A DNA stretch of 62,817 bases, the filler included, from Rhabdomonas costata (Eukaryota): assembly GCA_019059605.1 (NCBI GenBank). It is 42 parts of 42 records of this genome, joined end to end, with 100 filler letters (N's around TTAATTAATTAA, not from the genome) between each part and the next. Parts side by side here need not be neighbours in the genome. Positions count along the whole stretch, not along the records: positions 37,451 to 38,849 come from JAHMHO010017101.1; positions 38,950 to 40,347 come from JAHMHO010017102.1; positions 40,448 to 41,845 come from JAHMHO010017103.1; positions 41,946 to 43,343 come from JAHMHO010017104.1; positions 43,444 to 44,842 come from JAHMHO010017105.1; positions 44,943 to 46,340 come from JAHMHO010017106.1; positions 46,441 to 47,838 come from JAHMHO010017107.1; positions 47,939 to 49,336 come from JAHMHO010017108.1; 34 more parts are not named here. The stretch is one strand, 5' to 3'. This document shows positions 37,451 to 50,322 of the stretch, in pieces (position 1 is the stretch's first letter; every line of letters starts with the position of its first letter). Below the pieces are notes generated by a model that was given only the letters and a program-made list of their open reading frames with translations, did no database searches and was not told where the DNA came from. The translations under genes were made by a program, and so were the position numbers.

Positions 37451-38642
37451 GGTGTTGTGGTGGCGCAGGAGGTTCAGTACGTGTGCCAATTTAACAATCG
37501 ATTTTTGCCTGGCACGGACTGCCTGGCCTTGGTCTGCGCTGACAGCCTCGTCCTTGGTCCGCGTGGGCAGTGTGAGGGAATAGCGGTGGGGGGGGGGGTG
37601 GAGAGAGGATTTACATTGTTTCCTGGAATGCGGTCATACGTTCGATGAATCTCGCAAGTTCGAAAAATCACGTTGCATGCTGTTCGCGCATTGTAACTCT
37701 ATGTTCTTGTGAGGAATTGGGGGTTTCGGTCAGTGAACATGTTTTTGCCTGTTTTTGCCTGTTTTTGCCTGTTTTTGCATGTTTTTGGTTTGGCATGCCA
37801 GTACGCTGGTGCTTGGTTGTCAAAGTTTCCTTTGTCTTCTTTGCCGGCTCGTCCACTTTGCAGCTTGCGGTTCGTGAGGTTGTGTTGGTCTTTTCGTCAG
37901 GTTGGAGTGCTGCGTCCTTTTGTTGGGTTTATTGCCCGTTCTTTGATGGACACAGGCACCATTGACTCCATCCAGAAGCTGCACATTCGCACCGTACCCC
38001 TGGGCGAAGAGCCCCGGCGCATCAGCTACCACAAGACCTCGCAGTGCTTTGTCCTGCTGACCTGCCGGTTCCCCCCCTCCTCCCATCTGACCTCTGTGCT
38101 ATGCAAAGGGTGCGACTGGACGTACCATGTGGGCTTGTGGACCGTTGTATGTGAGATAGTGAGGGTGACCGGTGCTCTGCTTCCAACGCTGTGCGGCTCT
38201 TAGTGAGCGTCCAACAAAAAGGGATACCCGGTTGTCTATAGTTTCACTTTTTCTCCATGCATCTTTTTTAAGTGATGAAGAAGCATAGTTTTTTCTCATT
38301 CTGCCTGCCCTTCAGGAAAGCAGCGGGGCAGCAGCTTCTGGGAGGCCAGCCCGATGCTTCCATGTCAAGCGGTATCTGTGCGCCGAGATTTTGTACTTGC
38401 TGTCTTGGCTGTGCTGATCCGAAACCTGCGCTGTGAGGAATAGGCCAGCAATCTTTTCAAGGAGCGATTTGATATTGCTGTAATACGCACACACCTACAA
38501 CCACGGGAACGCCTTTGGGAGCCAACGCCTGCAATTGTCGCGCTTCCCCCTCCCATCGGTGCCGCCTCAGGCTCCGTCGTGGATACCATCTCCGACGACG
38601 GCCTCCACTTTGTTCGACTGCTCAGGGGACACACCTTTGAGT
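37451..38642 (+). CDS. DDB1: DNA damage-binding protein 1, 4 internal exons
   Basis: Exons 37451-37556, 37956-38067, 38316-38371 and 38571-38642 splice in frame: EVQYVCQFN...[48 protein letters not shown]...[12 protein letters not shown]. Confidence 0.92.
37741..37790 (+). repeat. 10-bp tandem repeat (GTTTTTGCCT)x5, degenerate, inside a DDB1 intron
   Basis: gtttttgcct gtttttgcct gtttttgcct gtttttgcat gtttttggtt. Confidence 0.9.
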
Positions 38643-38949
38643 GTATGTGCCTATTACATCTTTCTATCCCTTTCTGTCTGTTTGGGTGTTGAGGGTGTGC
38701 TCGTTGCTTTTTCGCGGAGTTTTGCAGATCGGCCCTCGACACACTTTTGTGTGCAGCGATGCTGGAATACAGAGTCTTGGCTGCACTAAGGCACCTTGTG
38801 GCCCTCGACCCCAATTCCCTTCCACTACCCCACCCCAACAACCCAACACNNNNNNNNNNNNNNNNNNNNNNNNNNNNNNNNNNNNNNNNNNNNTTAATTA
38901 ATTAANNNNNNNNNNNNNNNNNNNNNNNNNNNNNNNNNNNNNNNNNNNN

Positions 38950-39758
38950 CCCCGTGGGCAGGCTGGACACCCTCCTCCTGCAAGTCCTCTTGGCCAGGTG
39001 GGTAGCCCGTTCTCGCCCGTTCTCCTTTAAACCCTCCTTCCAAATTACATCAGAGCACATCTTCGGACAACGCATTTTTTCTGCCTTGCTGCTGTGCTGC
39101 TGCTGACCGTGCAATTTTGGAATTCGGGGTGGGGTGGTATTTCGTACATCACACACACACACGCCTCTAGCCGTGTGTAAAATTTTCGAGTAGTTAGTTG
39201 TTTTTAATTTTGGGGGTGGGGGGCTGGTCGCAGGGTGTCTTTGGCGGAGATGCAGTACCAGCAGCAGCTGCAGGAGGCGCTGCGGGTCTCCCTGGAAGAG
39301 AGTCAGGAAAAGCCTGGAGGGCCACCCCCAGCCTTGGACCAGGTCTGATCTGGTCTCCGCCTGTCCAGACCTCCCATCCTGCCACCCATCCGCACCCACC
39401 TTAGCAAGGCTATACTTTGCAGGAAATAGAAGCGCAACCAAAGCGCAACCTGCACAGGAGAAGCATCGGTTTCGGGGGGTTGTGCACAATAGCAATACAT
39501 CTCCATTCAATACAAAACCCTCTCACTCTCTCTTCGCAGGACATTGCGAACCTCACCACGGTGACGATCGCGGAGGAGCACCTGCAATGCACGGACAAGC
39601 AGAGCTGTGTGGTGTGCCTGGAGGCCTTCCGGGTGGGCGACACAGTGCGGCAGCTGCCGTGCAGCCACGTGTTCTGCGACGAGTGCATCCTGCCCTGGCT
39701 GCGGCGCCACGGCACCTGCCCCTTCTGCCGCGAAGAGGTCAAGGAGGTCAAGAAGCTG
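38950..39758 (+). CDS. UIM plus RING E3 ubiquitin ligase (RNF126/RNF181-like), partial
   Basis: Exons 38950-38997, 39234-39342 (QLQEALRVSLEES, UIM-like; GPPPA) and 39540-39758 (CVVCLEAFRVGDTVRQLPCSHVFCDECILPWLRRHGTCPFCR). Confidence 0.88.
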
Positions 39759-40527
39759 GTAAGCCCGTGTGTGTGTATGTGTGTGTCAGAAGGAGATCGG
39801 GCCATTCGAGCCAGGAGTGTCCGAAGAGGCCGGAACGCAGGCGCCACCAGTCCGTTACGCCCGATGGGAATGAGAACGAGTAGGAAGCCAGCGGACAAGG
39901 AGAAGTGCGAGGAGCCAGCTGTAGAGGCCAGCCTCGAGGAGCAGCTCGAGCCCAAGAAACAGTGAAGCCAGACGAGATCTGCGAAGGCCATAGAGAGCAG
40001 CACGTAAGGATCCAAAATTGTCGCGAAGTCTCGTGCCGTGGTGAGCGAAAGGTCAGGAGAAAGTGACCTGAGGATCCGGGCAGAAGGGAAGAAAGGCTGA
40101 AGGGAGGCCACGAGGCAGCGAATTCAGAGTGGGCGAGGAGTTGGAGCTCCCTTGAACCGCGGTTTAATGCCCCGTTGAGGTTTCTCAAGAACCTTCGCCC
40201 AGCAGCAGAGGGGTGATACAGACCCCGTTAACAAATTTCCATCGGTCTCTTCAGCCATAGGATAGGCTGTGGCAGGGGACAGGTCGGAAGAGTAAAGGAG
40301 AAGGGATCGAAGCTGTTTTTGTCTGACGTGTCCCCTGCCACAACCACNNNNNNNNNNNNNNNNNNNNNNNNNNNNNNNNNNNNNNNNNNNNTTAATTAAT
40401 TAANNNNNNNNNNNNNNNNNNNNNNNNNNNNNNNNNNNNNNNNNNNNGTGGTGGGTGTGTTTGGGGGTTGTGTGATGGGGGTGTTTGGGGGTTTGTGTCA
40501 TGCTTTTTTTTCTCGACCTTTTCGAAG

Positions 40528-40666
40528 GGCGCTGGCTTACGAGAGCATGGACCAGCTGGACAAGGCCGAGGAGGTGCTCCGCAAAGCTGTGCTTCCTGGA
40601 GGCGCGCTGCTGCGGTTTGAAGACACCGTCGATGTGAAGCTTGCGATGCAGTACACGGAGCTTCTT
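40528..40666 (+). CDS. TPR-containing exon
   Basis: AAG|...|GTATGT bounded exon ALAYESMDQLDKAEEVLRKAV..., a TPR helix pair. Confidence 0.55.
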
Positions 40667-41032
40667 GTATGTGTGTGTGACATGTCCGGGCTGAGCTTGC
40701 TCCTCCGACAAAAGACATACCACGCCACTGTCGGCCTCTACCGCGGCAGAGGCAGGTGCACAGGAGTCCCCGCTGTAAAGCAATGAGGCATCGACGTTCC
40801 ACATCACAAGGGATAAACGCAAGGCAATATTTTCAGGCCACCAAAGCGACGGTGACATCTCCGAAACCGGAGGGCAGCCATACTCACTCTCTTCTGATAG
40901 AGTGACAACCGAAGTCACAATATTCGACAAATTTCGGGAAAGGAAGTCAAAAGCACAATTGGTTTGATTCTCCGGAAGGAAAAGATGGGAACGCAAGAAA
41001 AGAGGGATGCGATGCTGCTGCACGTCCCGCAC

Positions 41033-41723
41033 CACTGAGCTGCCATGGAGTCATGTTCGGCGGCGGGGTTCTGGACTTCTTCAGAAGGCGCCGGACGGCT
41101 GAACTCCGCGGAAACGGAGGCAGCGCCAGCGACCGCCTTGAGCTCTCGCATTTGCTGCTTGAGCAGGCGCTCCCGATCCTTCTGGCCCTTCTCAGGCAGT
41201 GCGCAGGCCCACTTCTTGGCCTTCCCAAATACACCCTGAAGCGGCAGAGCACATCAGTGGCACAAAGTGGGAGAGGGAGAGAGCAGGAGGAATCTGAAAG
41301 CACAGAAGCAAATGTGGAACATACGGAGTGAAGGACCTTGAGCTTCGCTACGAGACCGGTGAAGCTGTAACAAAGACAAGTAAATAAATCCGCATTGCCC
41401 CTTCACAAAAAACACGCAGTTCAAGGTCAGACACTGTCTCAGGTGACTCTGGTCCAAAATTGACCTGGAAATCGTCACAAAGATTGCTACAAAACTTGGG
41501 GTCCTACCTCCACGTCAATAATTGAAAATTCGAGTAAATCTCTCACAGAATGCCTTCCGGTGATGGCACACAGTTCCGAAAAATCTAAGTCTGAGGTAAA
41601 GCACAGATGGATTCCGCACTTCTTCTCGTGAGCTTTCTGCATCGCGGGATCCAGCGCCTTGCGGGTGTTCAAGCAGAAGGCCAGCTCCAGGGCTCGGGCA
41701 GTCTGATCCTTGTTTAAAGCGGC
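41033..41723 (-). CDS. Exons of a helical protein with weak resemblance to the Ctf4/WDHD1 C-terminal helical bundle
   Basis: Exon 41723-41620 AALNKDQTARALELAFCLNTRKALDPAMQKAHEK (GTGCGG donor) and a GC-rich segment 41236-41033 (GTGCGG donor); the join is unresolved. Confidence 0.3.
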
Positions 41724-43935
41724 CTGAAATCACACAGCAATCCAGGCACCCCCCAATTCCCACACCAGTTCCAATGCAACGGCTGACCTCAATCACGTCC
41801 CTCCCGGCGGGGTAGACGTTTGAGGCACATTTATGCACCACAACCNNNNNNNNNNNNNNNNNNNNNNNNNNNNNNNNNNNNNNNNNNNNTTAATTAATTA
41901 ANNNNNNNNNNNNNNNNNNNNNNNNNNNNNNNNNNNNNNNNNNNNGTGGGGTGGGGATTAGATTTCTCCTCTGGCACCGTGATGAATCAACTTGCACACG
42001 GTGCTGGTTTAAATCCACAAATTTCGGGGAACCCGTCACCTTTTCAACCTTTTCCTCTCCCCATCATCATCAATACCATTCTTTCTCATCAGCGGACAAG
42101 AACAAAATAAGGAAGAATTCGGGAAGCAAACAAAGGCCTAGTGCATGTGAACTGCCGTATATTATACAATGCCCGTTTTATCCTTGAAGTCCAAAGTACA
42201 GCTCTTTTGCAGTTCTTTATCGCTGTTCTGGGGGTTCTTCCAAGTGGGCTCTAGCCTCTTCAGCAGGTCTCCGACCCCTCACACACAAAGCACAGAAAAC
42301 GTGCCCATACTTTGTGTTATCACGCAAAAGCGTCACCTGCTCGTCCTTGGAAGGTTTCCTGCGTGAAAGCACGGCGAAATGTACGGAAGAATAGCCAGCA
42401 GAGCCAACAGCAGCAACCCCACTACCACGCACCCAAAGGATACAGCAACGAATAACAAGTGTCCAGCAGGGGGGGGGGGGGATGGGAGCTGGGGAACCCA
42501 GGAACCCAGGAACCCAGCACGCGAACGGAATAGCACCGTGACTTTGTTTTCGGAATTGTTGAAAATTGGCGTCAGAGAAAAACATACAAGCACATTATCC
42601 AAGACATCCCTTCTATGCCCCCCTCCCCTCCCTTCCCCTTCGTACCCTTCACTCGCCTTTCTTTTTTTCAATCGGCATTTTTCTTTTGCATGTCTTTCCT
42701 TGCATTCGGGGACTGGGTTTTGGAAGGAGAGTGCGGAAGACCTGTCGCGGTGTGGTGTGTGCGGGGTTCGCCTGGCCGAGCGGCTAGCAGGGGTGGGCTC
42801 TTCCGGGACACGCTCGGAAATCGCCAGGGAGAGCTTGGTACGCAACGCGGGAATCAGCTGCAGGACACACGACACACACTCTCCAGTGCACATGCATGCG
42901 GGCATAGGGCAAAGCTGTGCTCCAAACGAATACGCAACCACCACCACTACCCATGTTCCCAATACGCTTATTGCCCGGAAAAGACTTCTTCGAAGGTCCA
43001 GCAGACCTTACCCCGCTGAGCTGAGCAACGTGACCCAAGATCCAAGTTGCCGGAGGGTGGGAGCGTTGTGCTTGTTCCCGAGAAAATGGTCTTTGGTCAG
43101 GGGGCGATACATAACACCAGAACCAGAGCGGCACTTCAAACAGGCACAGAATTCCGCACCAGCTCCCAGGGTTAAGGAGGTTAAGGAGTTGTGGTCCATG
43201 GGAACAGGGTCGCATCAAGTCACACGGGCATACGAACACAAACCCCTGGGTATGTGGCCGAAAGAAAAAAAAGGATACCGACTGCTTGAAGAACATCTCC
43301 AGACGGCTGCTGAGGGACAGCCATGGCGCCGGGTACTTGTACGNNNNNNNNNNNNNNNNNNNNNNNNNNNNNNNNNNNNNNNNNNNNTTAATTAATTAAN
43401 NNNNNNNNNNNNNNNNNNNNNNNNNNNNNNNNNNNNNNNNNNNTGTGGTGTTTGTGACTGCTGCCTGCCATTTGGGGAAGGGGCGATTTGAAACGATTAT
43501 CGAGTTAGGTGCTTCGAACCCAACTTCCTGTTTTGTAAAATTTGAATCTGCGGACGCAATACACAAAGAGTGTCGGCATGATTTATGCCATAGCGGGAAT
43601 ACATCACTTCATGAAGAGAGGGGATGTTTATACGTGTCAGCGCCAATTCCTGAAATTACCGCAAACGTGCTCACTCTCCCTATGGGCAGACGCCGGAACG
43701 CCTCCCCGGAAAGCTCTGTCCCTGCCCGGTCCTCCTGCGCATCCACACAAAAAGAATGTCTCAGTTTTGGGGCCAAGCGTAGGGACGGGCCTCAACGCGA
43801 CAAGCAAAGGTGAAGTGACCAATGGTTGGCCGCACTCAGGAGACCCAGAGCAAAGACAACTTCCACTTCAACCGGAACATAACGTCACAAGGCCACAAAC
43901 AAACCTCCTCCACCAATAACAGACTGAGCAAAAGG

Positions 43936-44165
43936 ATTCCAGGTCGGCTCGGGCGCAGGGCTCTAGCTTTGGGGGGCCGCTTCCTAACGCGAAGCCTTGC
44001 AAGTAGGCCCCGCCACACGGCCTGCAAGAGAACGACCCGCTCGAGATGGGCGGCCTTGCGGGCCCGAAGTTCCGCTCCACTCCGCCGGCGCATCAACTGC
44101 TGCCGCGCTCGGTGAACACGGAACGCCCGCTGAATGCATTCCGCTGCGCCAGCCTTCCCATCGCT
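43936..44165 (-). CDS. IQ-motif (calmodulin-binding) protein exon
   Basis: After a (CT)n tract and TTTAG: AAECIQRAFRVHRARQQL and RVVLLQAVWRGLLARLRV, two IQ motifs; 3' boundary approximate. Confidence 0.7.
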
Positions 44166-44178
44166 CTAAAGACCGCGC

Positions 44179-44180
<2 letters not shown>

Positions 44181-44209
<29 letters not shown>
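44181..44209 (+). repeat. (AG)n microsatellite serving as the pyrimidine tract of the minus-strand IQ exon
   Basis: agagagagag... read directly. Confidence 0.9.
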
Positions 44210-44211
<2 letters not shown>

Positions 44212-45636
44212 CGATGAATTTGGGAAATTAACTCACAATGATGTTGGCGCCGATGCAGTACGGCAGGGAGTTGCGCGCTCGGATTCCTGGGCGCCAAGAG
44301 ACGAGACTGGAGTCGCGGCGAGATGAAATGATCCCTACTCAACGGCATGAAGCGAACACGCTGCCAATTCTCAGCAGAAATGGCGATACTCTGGAGGAGA
44401 GGGATATGAATTTAATGGGAGGGGGGGGCGTCCACTGATTCCGGGTATCCAATCAAACGCTGCTCATTTGACCAGCACAATGAAAATCTGCTTACAATTC
44501 GGAGGAAACGAGACCTAGCAGTTCACCTGAACCACCCTTCCCAGTCAAACGTGACATTCTCGTGGCGAACATGGATGCAAAAACATTGACTCTGCCCCCT
44601 TCCCATGTCCCCCAAAAGTCGAACCCACACATACCTGGGGGGCTTTTGCCATGCAAAGACTCGCAAACGAGGCTCCCAGCGGGGCAAGCCCGCCCTCCAG
44701 AGAAAGTGCACGGTGCACCAGCAGCGCCGCAGAGGAGCCCGCCCGCTCCATGGGATGGGCCAGAGCAGTTTCCTAAAAGAGAAACAAACTCAGGAATCAG
44801 TACCTATTCCACGACGGGAGAACCATCGAGCAAACACAACACNNNNNNNNNNNNNNNNNNNNNNNNNNNNNNNNNNNNNNNNNNNNTTAATTAATTAANN
44901 NNNNNNNNNNNNNNNNNNNNNNNNNNNNNNNNNNNNNNNNNNAGGCGGCGCAAAAAGTGCGAAGTGCTAATTGTTGTTCGCTGGGGATAAAGGCGACCTG
45001 CGACACGTCACATGCTTCTGCTCTGTGCACAGTTGTGATTGCAGTCAAAGCGAAGCATATTGACTGCAAGATTCACGTACAGCATATTGATCTAAATGTT
45101 TAGGTCACGCGAGAGCTAAAAAGACTACCTGGTAGTCAATACGAGTGGCGAGTCCGTGGTCCTGTCGCTGGCAGGGGGTCACTGGGACACCCATGCGGAC
45201 CTGTGCATCCCCACCCCCATCACATCTCCAATGCAGCCAATCTCCCTCTCCCGTCAGTCACACCGATCAGCGCATCCAACACGCAGAGCACACGGATGCT
45301 CCGGCTGAACTGAAAAAAAGCTGCCACTGATGCCATTACATAACAGAAAAGTTTTGCGCTTTAAAAACGAGCGACCCCTTGAGAAGGAGGCATTCTTTTC
45401 AAAAGGGTGGAGCGGACCCCTCTCCACTCGACCCGAGCCTGCATCCCTATACTTCTACTCCGTACAAAACCCAAATATGGGCGAATAAGTTGCAGAAACG
45501 CCACTTTGCAACCTCAGAGCCCACTTCACCCCACGGCTGCAAAGACACTTGTAGAAAAACCCACTCTTGTGATGCCATTTCAACGTTGTTCGTGTTGTTT
45601 TCTGGTGTGCATTGCGTCCTACATGCCAAGCCGCAC

Positions 45637-46201
45637 CTGGAAGGCGGGCAGAAGCATGTCCGAGAGGTCCAGCAGCTTGGTCTTCTCCGTAAGGATGGAC
45701 TCGTTGATCTGCGCAAAAGAAGAAGAAGAGAGAAAGCAGGATAGAGGTGTCCCACGCACCAGACGATACTGGACAAATCAGAAAAAGAGCCCCGAATTCA
45801 TCGGCAAACAACACAAACACGTGCTTGCATCGGATGAATGAAATAAATTGGATTCAATTCAATTCAAAGAGAATTGGAGGGCAGACTGGAAGAGAACACG
45901 ACGATGGGAGGCGTTCCCACGCACCACAAGCAGGTCAGAGCGCCCGGTCATCTCCTCCATGGTGCGGAACCCAAGCTTGGACATCATGCGGCGGATCCCG
46001 TCGGCCATCAGGAAGAAGTAGTTCACGACGTGCTCGGGTTGGCCCTCGAACTTCTTCCGCAGCACAGGGTCCTGGGTGGCGATACCTACGGGGCAGGTGT
46101 TGAGGTGGCACTTCCGCATCATCGTGCACCCCATCGCAATAAGGGGCGCCGTGCTGAACGCAAACTCGTCCGCGCCCAGCATCGCGGCAATCACAACATC
46201 C
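45637..46201 (-). CDS. GLT1: Glutamate synthase (GOGAT), FMN/3Fe-4S region, 2 exons
   Basis: Exons 46201-45925 ([63 protein letters not shown]...GRSDLLV) and 45708-45637 ([24 protein letters not shown]); C-x5-C-x4-C cluster motif. Confidence 0.95.
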
Positions 46202-47099
46202 CTGCAAAGGAAACCCCACAACCCACAATCCCAGAACTCCGCTTTCTGGTCGTCAATGGCCCCGTTCAATGAATTCCGAGACGGGTTCCAGGACCCGTCT
46301 CTCCGTGACATGACAAAAGCTACGAAGAAAACCCACCACCNNNNNNNNNNNNNNNNNNNNNNNNNNNNNNNNNNNNNNNNNNNNTTAATTAATTAANNNN
46401 NNNNNNNNNNNNNNNNNNNNNNNNNNNNNNNNNNNNNNNNCTACGAGAGCAACAGAGATGGTGTCAGGATGGGGTCAGGAAGCGAGCACCCTTCAACGAA
46501 ACGTTTCTGTGTTCAAAAACAAGAAAAAAAAACGAAGAAAAAAGAGCTATGAACGAGAATTGCGGTCGAAAATACGAAGAAAACCCGAAAATCTCTCATA
46601 TCCGATGTTAGTGGTGTTCTTGAACATGCTGAAAAGCCTTGGTTGTGGCTGCTATGTCTTGTATTTGTGTATGTCAGCAACCGAACAACCTCAGAAGATC
46701 TTCGCCCGATTGGTGCACGCCCTCTGTCCGATTGGTGCGGAGAGGTGCACTGATGCTCCACCTCGGAACCTCGGTCGCACGCTTGACGAGTGAAGGGCAG
46801 GGGGGAGTGCGGTGCTGATGAGCGCTGGCCTTTCCCTTTCCCCGTCTTCAGTTCTTCTTGGATCCTCTCTCCCCTATTTTAGCGATGCTGTGTGACATTG
46901 ACGGAATCACATGCTTCTTTGAATTACAAAGTGTGCTGTAATTGAGTGAAAGCGTCATCCCTCACTGTTGCAGACTCGGGTGCGCTCTTGCAGGATCGGG
47001 GCGCAAGGAATTCCACTGTAAACTTCTCGCAACCACATACGCAGCCCTCTCCACCCTGTGCAACGTACCGTTTCTCTCTCACCTTCTATTCGTGTGCAG

Positions 47100-47286
47100 G
47101 GTGGCCCTTGCGCGGAGGCCCACCCGGTACGTCTCGCCAGTGCTGGGGTACGGTGCAGCGGTGGTGTTCGCCGCCGCGGCCACTGCGGGGGTGGTCGCGC
47201 TGTCCGAGGTGGATCCCTGCGAGAACTTCCTGTGGTGGGTGCTGTGCTCCCTGTTCACCCTTGGGGTGGACTTCCTGGGCATCCAG
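47100..47286 (+). CDS. Two-TM exon of a multi-pass membrane protein (possibly polycystin-like)
   Basis: CAG|...CAG|GTGCGC exon: LGYGAAVVFAAAATAGVVAL...LWWVLCSLFTLGVDFLGIQ. Confidence 0.45.
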
Positions 47287-48243
47287 GTGCGCGCGTCTGT
47301 ATACGCATCTGTTTTTGTGTGCAGTCGCGTGGTTGGGTTGCCGACCAGTGGCGATTTTGCAATCGTCCACAGGTTTGTTGGTACGGGTTAAGGAGGCTAT
47401 ACTTTGTTGATGGGGGGGGGCGCTATCGTTGGGTCTCTTTCTCATTTCTGAAGGAGGTTGCTATTTGAGGGTCCCCAATTGCTGACCTTTCTTCGCTCAT
47501 AGTCCCCTGTCTACTGAGGCGCAAGGCCTCTTCAAGGTTTTCAGGTGTGGGTTCACTCATGTCCTCGTGCAACACGTATAAGTACACATCCCCCAACCGC
47601 AATGACACACACACGCCATGCACTGTACACTTGATAATCAGCCCCGCCGCCTCTCGGGGCTGAGGGATGTGGCAGCAGCGAGGATGGTGGGAGGGGTATT
47701 TACGCCAGCGGCCCTCCACAAGGTCAGCGATGACCAGAAAGAAGAGGCGACCAATCCCAACCCAGGTCCTCCGCGGGTGAAGGAGGATAGGTCAAAAGCC
47801 GAAAATGGGGACAGCACCCTCCAAAAACCAAAGTCGTCNNNNNNNNNNNNNNNNNNNNNNNNNNNNNNNNNNNNNNNNNNNNTTAATTAATTAANNNNNN
47901 NNNNNNNNNNNNNNNNNNNNNNNNNNNNNNNNNNNNNNGGTGGTTGGGCCTGGGTCTCGCCGCGGAAAAGGTGCACTTCGTTCGACTCCTCCCGCAGCGA
48001 GACCCAGGCCCGACACCGAAGCACACGCAGAACAATCTCGTTTTGAAATCCGCGCAACTAACTCAAAGATTTGTGGAAAAACGAGCGATGTGAATCTTCT
48101 TTGCCCACGGGCGCTTCCCGGGCACGTGGAGGGTTAACTTTTAATCAGGTGGTCTATTTTCACACGACAATGCGCGGTTAGGCCATCCACTGCCCCAGAG
48201 ACAGGAGGTTAGCAAAGCGGTCGATAGATCCTGACCAGCCGAG

Positions 48244-48768
48244 TCAGGCCAAAGCGTTCCACTCGCTCTGGACCCCATCGTGGAGGTCGTCATGCAATGT
48301 TGGGAAGATGTCGATGATGTCGATTGGTTCTTTGCCACACAGACACTGCACGTGGGCGTCTGGCAAGCGATACAATGCACTGGTGTCTGCCGACCCAGAC
48401 ACAACGATATTTACGTACGCCCGGCGAGGGCGGCGCTGATACAGGGCCACCAAACCCCTCTTGCCAACGTCCGTGTCCCGAAGCTCCAGCCTAAGCTCAT
48501 CAAGCAGTTCGCAGCGTTGCACCCCTACCGCAAGACCTTCGAGGGCAGTATCCCCCAGGGCATAATTGCAATCGAGACGCAGAACAACTTCAGACGGGAA
48601 GTGTGGTGACGCTGCAAGGACAAAGGCTGGCAGCCCGTGATCCCTCAAGTCATTGCTCTCCATATCTATGTCTAGGACGACCAGCTGTGTCATCCTGCTC
48701 AGTATATTCGCAAAGCCGTCCCCGGCAGCCGCAAGACTCGGTGTGTTCGTTGGATTAGAAGAACACAC
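48244..48768 (-). CDS. Leucine-rich repeat (RI-like) protein, intronless over 175 codons
   Basis: LVVLDIDMESNDLRDHG, VVLRLDCNYALGDTALEGLA and LDELRLELRDTDVGKRGLVAL follow the LxxLxLxxNx(I/L)xxxG pattern. Confidence 0.65.
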   Translation of the reverse strand: MCSSNPTNTPSLAAAGDGFANILSRMTQLVVLDIDMESNDLRDHGLPAFVLAASPHFPSEVVLRLDCNYALGDTALEGLAVGVQRCELLDELRLELRDTDVGKRGLVALYQRRPRRAYVNIVVSGSADTSALYRLPDAHVQCLCGKEPIDIIDIFPTLHDDLHDGVQSEWNALA

Positions 48769-50193
48769 TAACTAACATGAAGGGGGATACAAATGCGTAT
48801 TTCCAATATATGGAATGGTGAGGCAAAGAGGCACAACGCAGGGAAAAATGGCAGTAGACAAGGCCGAACGAAAATGGATCCATATTGTGTATTATGACGC
48901 ACAGCTTCGGTACAAGAAACGCCCACATTTATGAAATGATGCCCCCAAACCCGGCGGAGAAGAAAGTATCCCCCATCTCTCGCACGAGTGGGTGTGACAA
49001 TGAGTAAAACTGCGCGTACTACTGTGAGGAAAAGCCCAAACCGCCGAAGGACTGGTGTGGGAATGGGTTGCAGTGAACGTCCGGAAACCAAAAAGATGGT
49101 TCAAGGTGAAGACAAACAAGCCCGTCGCCTTGTCAAGGAAAGTGTGTGTCTTGGTGAAAAGTTTCGGGGAAAACACGCACATACTCCTTGGGAACGAAGA
49201 CACATGTCACGTCCATTGGAAGTTTCGGATTTGGTTGGTTGGAGCAGTGGAAGGAGCATAGCATGTACAACACAAAGTGGCTTGCATAGGCGTGGGCGTA
49301 TTCCTACGGAGTATGTGCGTGTTTGCCCCAAAACTCNNNNNNNNNNNNNNNNNNNNNNNNNNNNNNNNNNNNNNNNNNNNTTAATTAATTAANNNNNNNN
49401 NNNNNNNNNNNNNNNNNNNNNNNNNNNNNNNNNNNNGGGGGTGTGGTGCAAGAAGGAACTTCAGGGGGAGGACTATGCCTTAGGATCAAAAGAGCCCTTG
49501 GGCAAGGAGTGCCAGAAAGTTTCGTATTTATTCGCCAATTTTTACCATGGAGCGGATCCTTTTTAAATGAGTTGTCATCTCCTGTGCAGATCAAATTAGA
49601 GTACTGAACTATTGTTCTTTCGAATTCTTTCGAATTCTGAAGTAATGCGCTTCCCAAAGTTGTGTGTTCTCTGCTTAGGGGTTGACAAGGAAGACCACTC
49701 CGCGCAAGGAGTGTGGCAGTTCAGGCTGCATGGCTTGCCATGGATCTGTCAAGTTTGTTCTTCCCCAGATCCCATTGGTTGGGTCTTGATGTGCGTCGGT
49801 AATGGCGTGAGCATTCTGTTAGACGAGGAGCTAAAAAGACCGATGACCTGCCTTCGCCTTGCAACCCACGCATTAGCTGCTCTGCGCATAACCGCTTCTT
49901 TTCAATTAGTTTCCTGTAAATCAGCACTTTACTGACTTTTCTCTACTGTTGCACCCCCGCCCCCTCCTTCTCTGTGAACATGATCTGCTCCTGCTTTTTG
50001 GACGAAGGACATTCGAAGTGCACGCGATGCCCTGCTTTTGAATTGCATCGCAGCTTTAGCTGCGTAATGTTTAGGTACTGCTCCGTTGTGTGGTTAGCAA
50101 TGCAGAGGGTTCGCTTCCAGGTTAGTTAGGGACTCAGCTGATTTTGGCTTTGAACCATGTGCGTTTATTGCTGTCTTTTGAAAACTTGTACAG

Positions 50194-50322
50194 GACACCT
50201 CCGGGAGGTCTCGGGTGCTCAAGGCGGTGTTGCAGAGCTTGTACGCGGAGGGGTACCGTGTCATCACCACTTCGGGGCAGTTCTCGGAGCACTCTTACGA
50301 CAAGGCCTCGTGGATCCTCAAG
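50194..50322 (+). CDS. Internal exon of an unidentified protein
   Basis: CAG|43 codons|GTGAGG: DTSGRSRVLKAVLQSLYAEGYRVITTSGQFSEHSYDKASWILK. Confidence 0.45.

Noticed and set aside
40268-40342. CAG...CTG hairpin as a euglenid non-conventional intron (also 53935-54113)
   Set aside because: Placing CAG at +4 to +6 and CTG at -8 to -6 does not give the purine-start/pyrimidine-end borders, and no flanking exons can be joined; no non-conventional intron could be demonstrated in this window.
42379-43343. 338-aa plus-strand ORF
   Set aside because: Low-complexity translation with no motif; splice signals nearby point to short minus-strand exons instead.
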